A stretch of 24,000 bases of DNA from Jaaginema sp. PMC 1080.18 (GTDB taxonomy: Bacteria > Cyanobacteriota > Cyanobacteriia > Cyanobacteriales > Spirulinaceae): assembly GCA_035968055.1 (NCBI GenBank), contig JAWQFT010000041.1, positions 4,241-28,240 on the forward strand, read 5' to 3'. Position 1 is the first letter of the stretch, and every line of letters starts with the position of its first letter. The notes under the pieces are model-generated. The model ran no database searches. It was not told the origin of the DNA and saw only the letters and a program-made list of their open reading frames with translations. Shown in pieces: positions 22,659-24,000 of the stretch. Both the position numbers and the translations under genes were made by a program.

Positions 22659-24000
22659 ATGACTTCTTCAGGACAAGTAATATGGTTGCAAGAGCGGACG
22701 GAGTTGGGTGTCTTACCCTCAGAATCCCTAGACGATCTCGCCCCCCAGCTACAATCTCAAGAAATTGCAGCTAACACCACCCTCACCCGCGAGGGGCAAT
22801 CCCCCGATGGACTCTACATCCTCTGTGAAGGACACGCAGAAAGCAATCGACCCCTCAACAACCCCGAAGTTTTACAAAGCGTGAGCTTGCTACCGGGGTC
22901 AACGATTAATCTGCAAGCCTTACTCCTCGACCAAACCACCCCCCAAACCATTATCGCCAAAACCCCTTGTAGATTTTGGTTTCTGCCTCGCGCAGCCTTC
23001 CAAGAATGGGTCAAACAATACCCCAGTATTACCCAAATTATTGCCCAACAACTTGCCCAAGAAGTGAGCCAACTGGCAAGCCAACTCAGTTTTGAACAAG
23101 AACGTCAGGGAATACTGCGACCTTATTTAATAACCAAAGCCAGACGGGGAATTGTCGGCAAAAGCCGCTATGCAGTGCGCCTCCGCAAACAAATTAAGCA
23201 AGCCTCTGATAGCCGAGAATCAGTGCTGATTTTTGGCGAACCTGGACTAGAAAAAGACAATATTGCGGCCCTAATTCACTATGGCTCGCCTTATCGTCGC
23301 GAAGCTATAATTCGCGTTGATTGCGATAAGCTACAAGCTAGTGGTGCGGATTTATGGGGTCGAGCAGGGGGTAAGCCGGGTTTACTCGCCGCTTTAGGGG
23401 AAGGAACGCTGATTTTAAACAATATTCAGGAGTTAGACCCAGAATTAATCCAACCCATTGCTCATTTACTCGAAACCAAGCGCTATCTCCCGGTTAATCG
23501 TCCAGAAGCAACTTCTTTCGAGCCTTCAGTTTCTCAAGCTCGCATTATCCTCATTTCTGAGAAACCTAATTCCAACCTCGATAAATTAGTCGGTCAAACC
23601 CTCAAAGTACCGCCGTTACGAGTCCGCAAATCCGATATAGGGGATTGGGTCAACTATTACATCAGTATAATTTGCCGAGTGCGGGGAATTCAGCAACCCA
23701 ATCTCACCCCAGAAGCTCTACGACAGCTACAAGCCTATGATTTTCCCAATAACTTGCGGGAGTTAGAAAGTACGATAAGACGGGCAATTACGCAACTTTC
23801 AGGAACAAGGGAACTCACAGAGGAAATTATCTGGCCGTCTCAGAGCAAAAAGCGGCTATTTCGCTTCAATTTACTCAATTCTTATCCTAATTTACGGGAT
23901 TTTCTCCGCAGTCCTTGGTGGCCTGACCGGATTAATTATGGTTTTACCACGGTGGCCTTTGCGCTAGTGGTGTTGATTTTGTTTTGGGGTCCGCAAACTC
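22659..24000 (+). CDS. cNMP-binding-like / sigma-54-interaction-domain-like AAA+ protein with a C-terminal membrane region (3' end beyond the window)
   Basis: Hand translation from ATG 22659 is open to the window end (447 codons). The ORF track does not list it. aa 10-125 show a CAP/cNMP-binding-like pattern (DGLYILCEG...LLPG...ALLL...FWFLPRAAF). aa 165-380 show an NtrC-type AAA+ layout (IVGKS..., LIFGEPGLEKD, GTLILNNIQEL, VPPLRVRKSDI, YDFPNNLRELESTIRRA). A TM segment TTVAFALVVLILFW starts at aa 430. Confidence 0.85.
   Translation, partial: MTSSGQVIWLQERTELGVLPSESLDDLAPQLQSQEIAANTTLTREGQSPDGLYILCEGHAESNRPLNNPEVLQSVSLLPGSTINLQALLLDQTTPQTIIAKTPCRFWFLPRAAFQEWVKQYPSITQIIAQQLAQEVSQLASQLSFEQERQGILRPYLITKARRGIVGKSRYAVRLRKQIKQASDSRESVLIFGEPGLEKDNIAALIHYGSPYRREAIIRVDCDKLQASGADLWGRAGGKPGLLAALGEGTLILNNIQELDPELIQPIAHLLETKRYLPVNRPEATSFEPSVSQARIILISEKPNSNLDKLVGQTLKVPPLRVRKSDIGDWVNYYISIICRVRGIQQPNLTPEALRQLQAYDFPNNLRELESTIRRAITQLSGTRELTEEIIWPSQSKKRLFRFNLLNSYPNLRDFLRSPWWPDRINYGFTTVAFALVVLILFWGPQT

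Noticed and set aside
1-24000. Scan for tRNA, rRNA, IS/transposase, integrase, toxin-antitoxin or defence-system genes
   Set aside because: I found no T-arm/GTTCGAATC-type tRNA signature, rRNA-like segment, transposase/integrase ORF or terminal inverted repeat pair with target duplication. The two Uma2 nuclease-like genes are a highly expanded cyanobacterial family and do not on their own constitute a defence locus.

Overview
This is a chromosomal segment of a cyanobacterium. psbH and psbN are present, and I counted roughly 40 copies of the HIP1 octamer GCGATCGC by eye where fewer than 1 is expected by chance. I support 24 protein-coding genes, one of them tentative, and most are core functions. 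They are: a 3' gene fragment; a secreted Cys/Pro-rich protein; a DUF218 (YdcF/ElyC-like) membrane protein; an overlapping pair of cyanobacteria-type hypothetical genes (DUF3038-like and DUF4335-like); apt; an orphan DppB/OppB-type ABC permease; two Uma2-family (DUF820) nuclease-like genes; a 96-aa ORF coupled to a GH38 alpha-mannosidase; psbN (missed by the ORF track); psbH; tatA; an lptA-like/lptB/lptF-G-family operon divergent from exbB/tolQ-like and exbD-like genes; a 345-aa membrane protein; a 1170-aa PAS-PAS-GAF-PAS-PAS-GGDEF-EAL protein; an orphan sugar-type ABC permease; a possible 33-codon membrane peptide; and the first 447 codons of a cNMP-binding-like / sigma-54-activator-like AAA+ protein that runs off the window and is also absent from the ORF track. 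I saw no rRNA, tRNA, CRISPR, transposase, integrase or phage genes. The strongest non-genic signal is a family of modular heptamer-repeat (STRR-like) elements. They fill whole intergenic spacers, abut start and stop codons, supply an identical 18-nt start-codon context to two unrelated genes, and carry G-quadruplex-type G-tract runs. I do not see a clear novel multi-gene system such as a defence island. The best candidates for something undescribed are (i) the modular repeat elements and their relation to translation starts and stops, (ii) the degenerate cNMP/sigma-54-type AAA+/membrane protein in a phylum that lacks sigma-54, and (iii) the overlapping DUF3038-like/DUF4335-like pair. All family assignments come from reading the translated sequence and from memory of family motifs. 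No searches were run.
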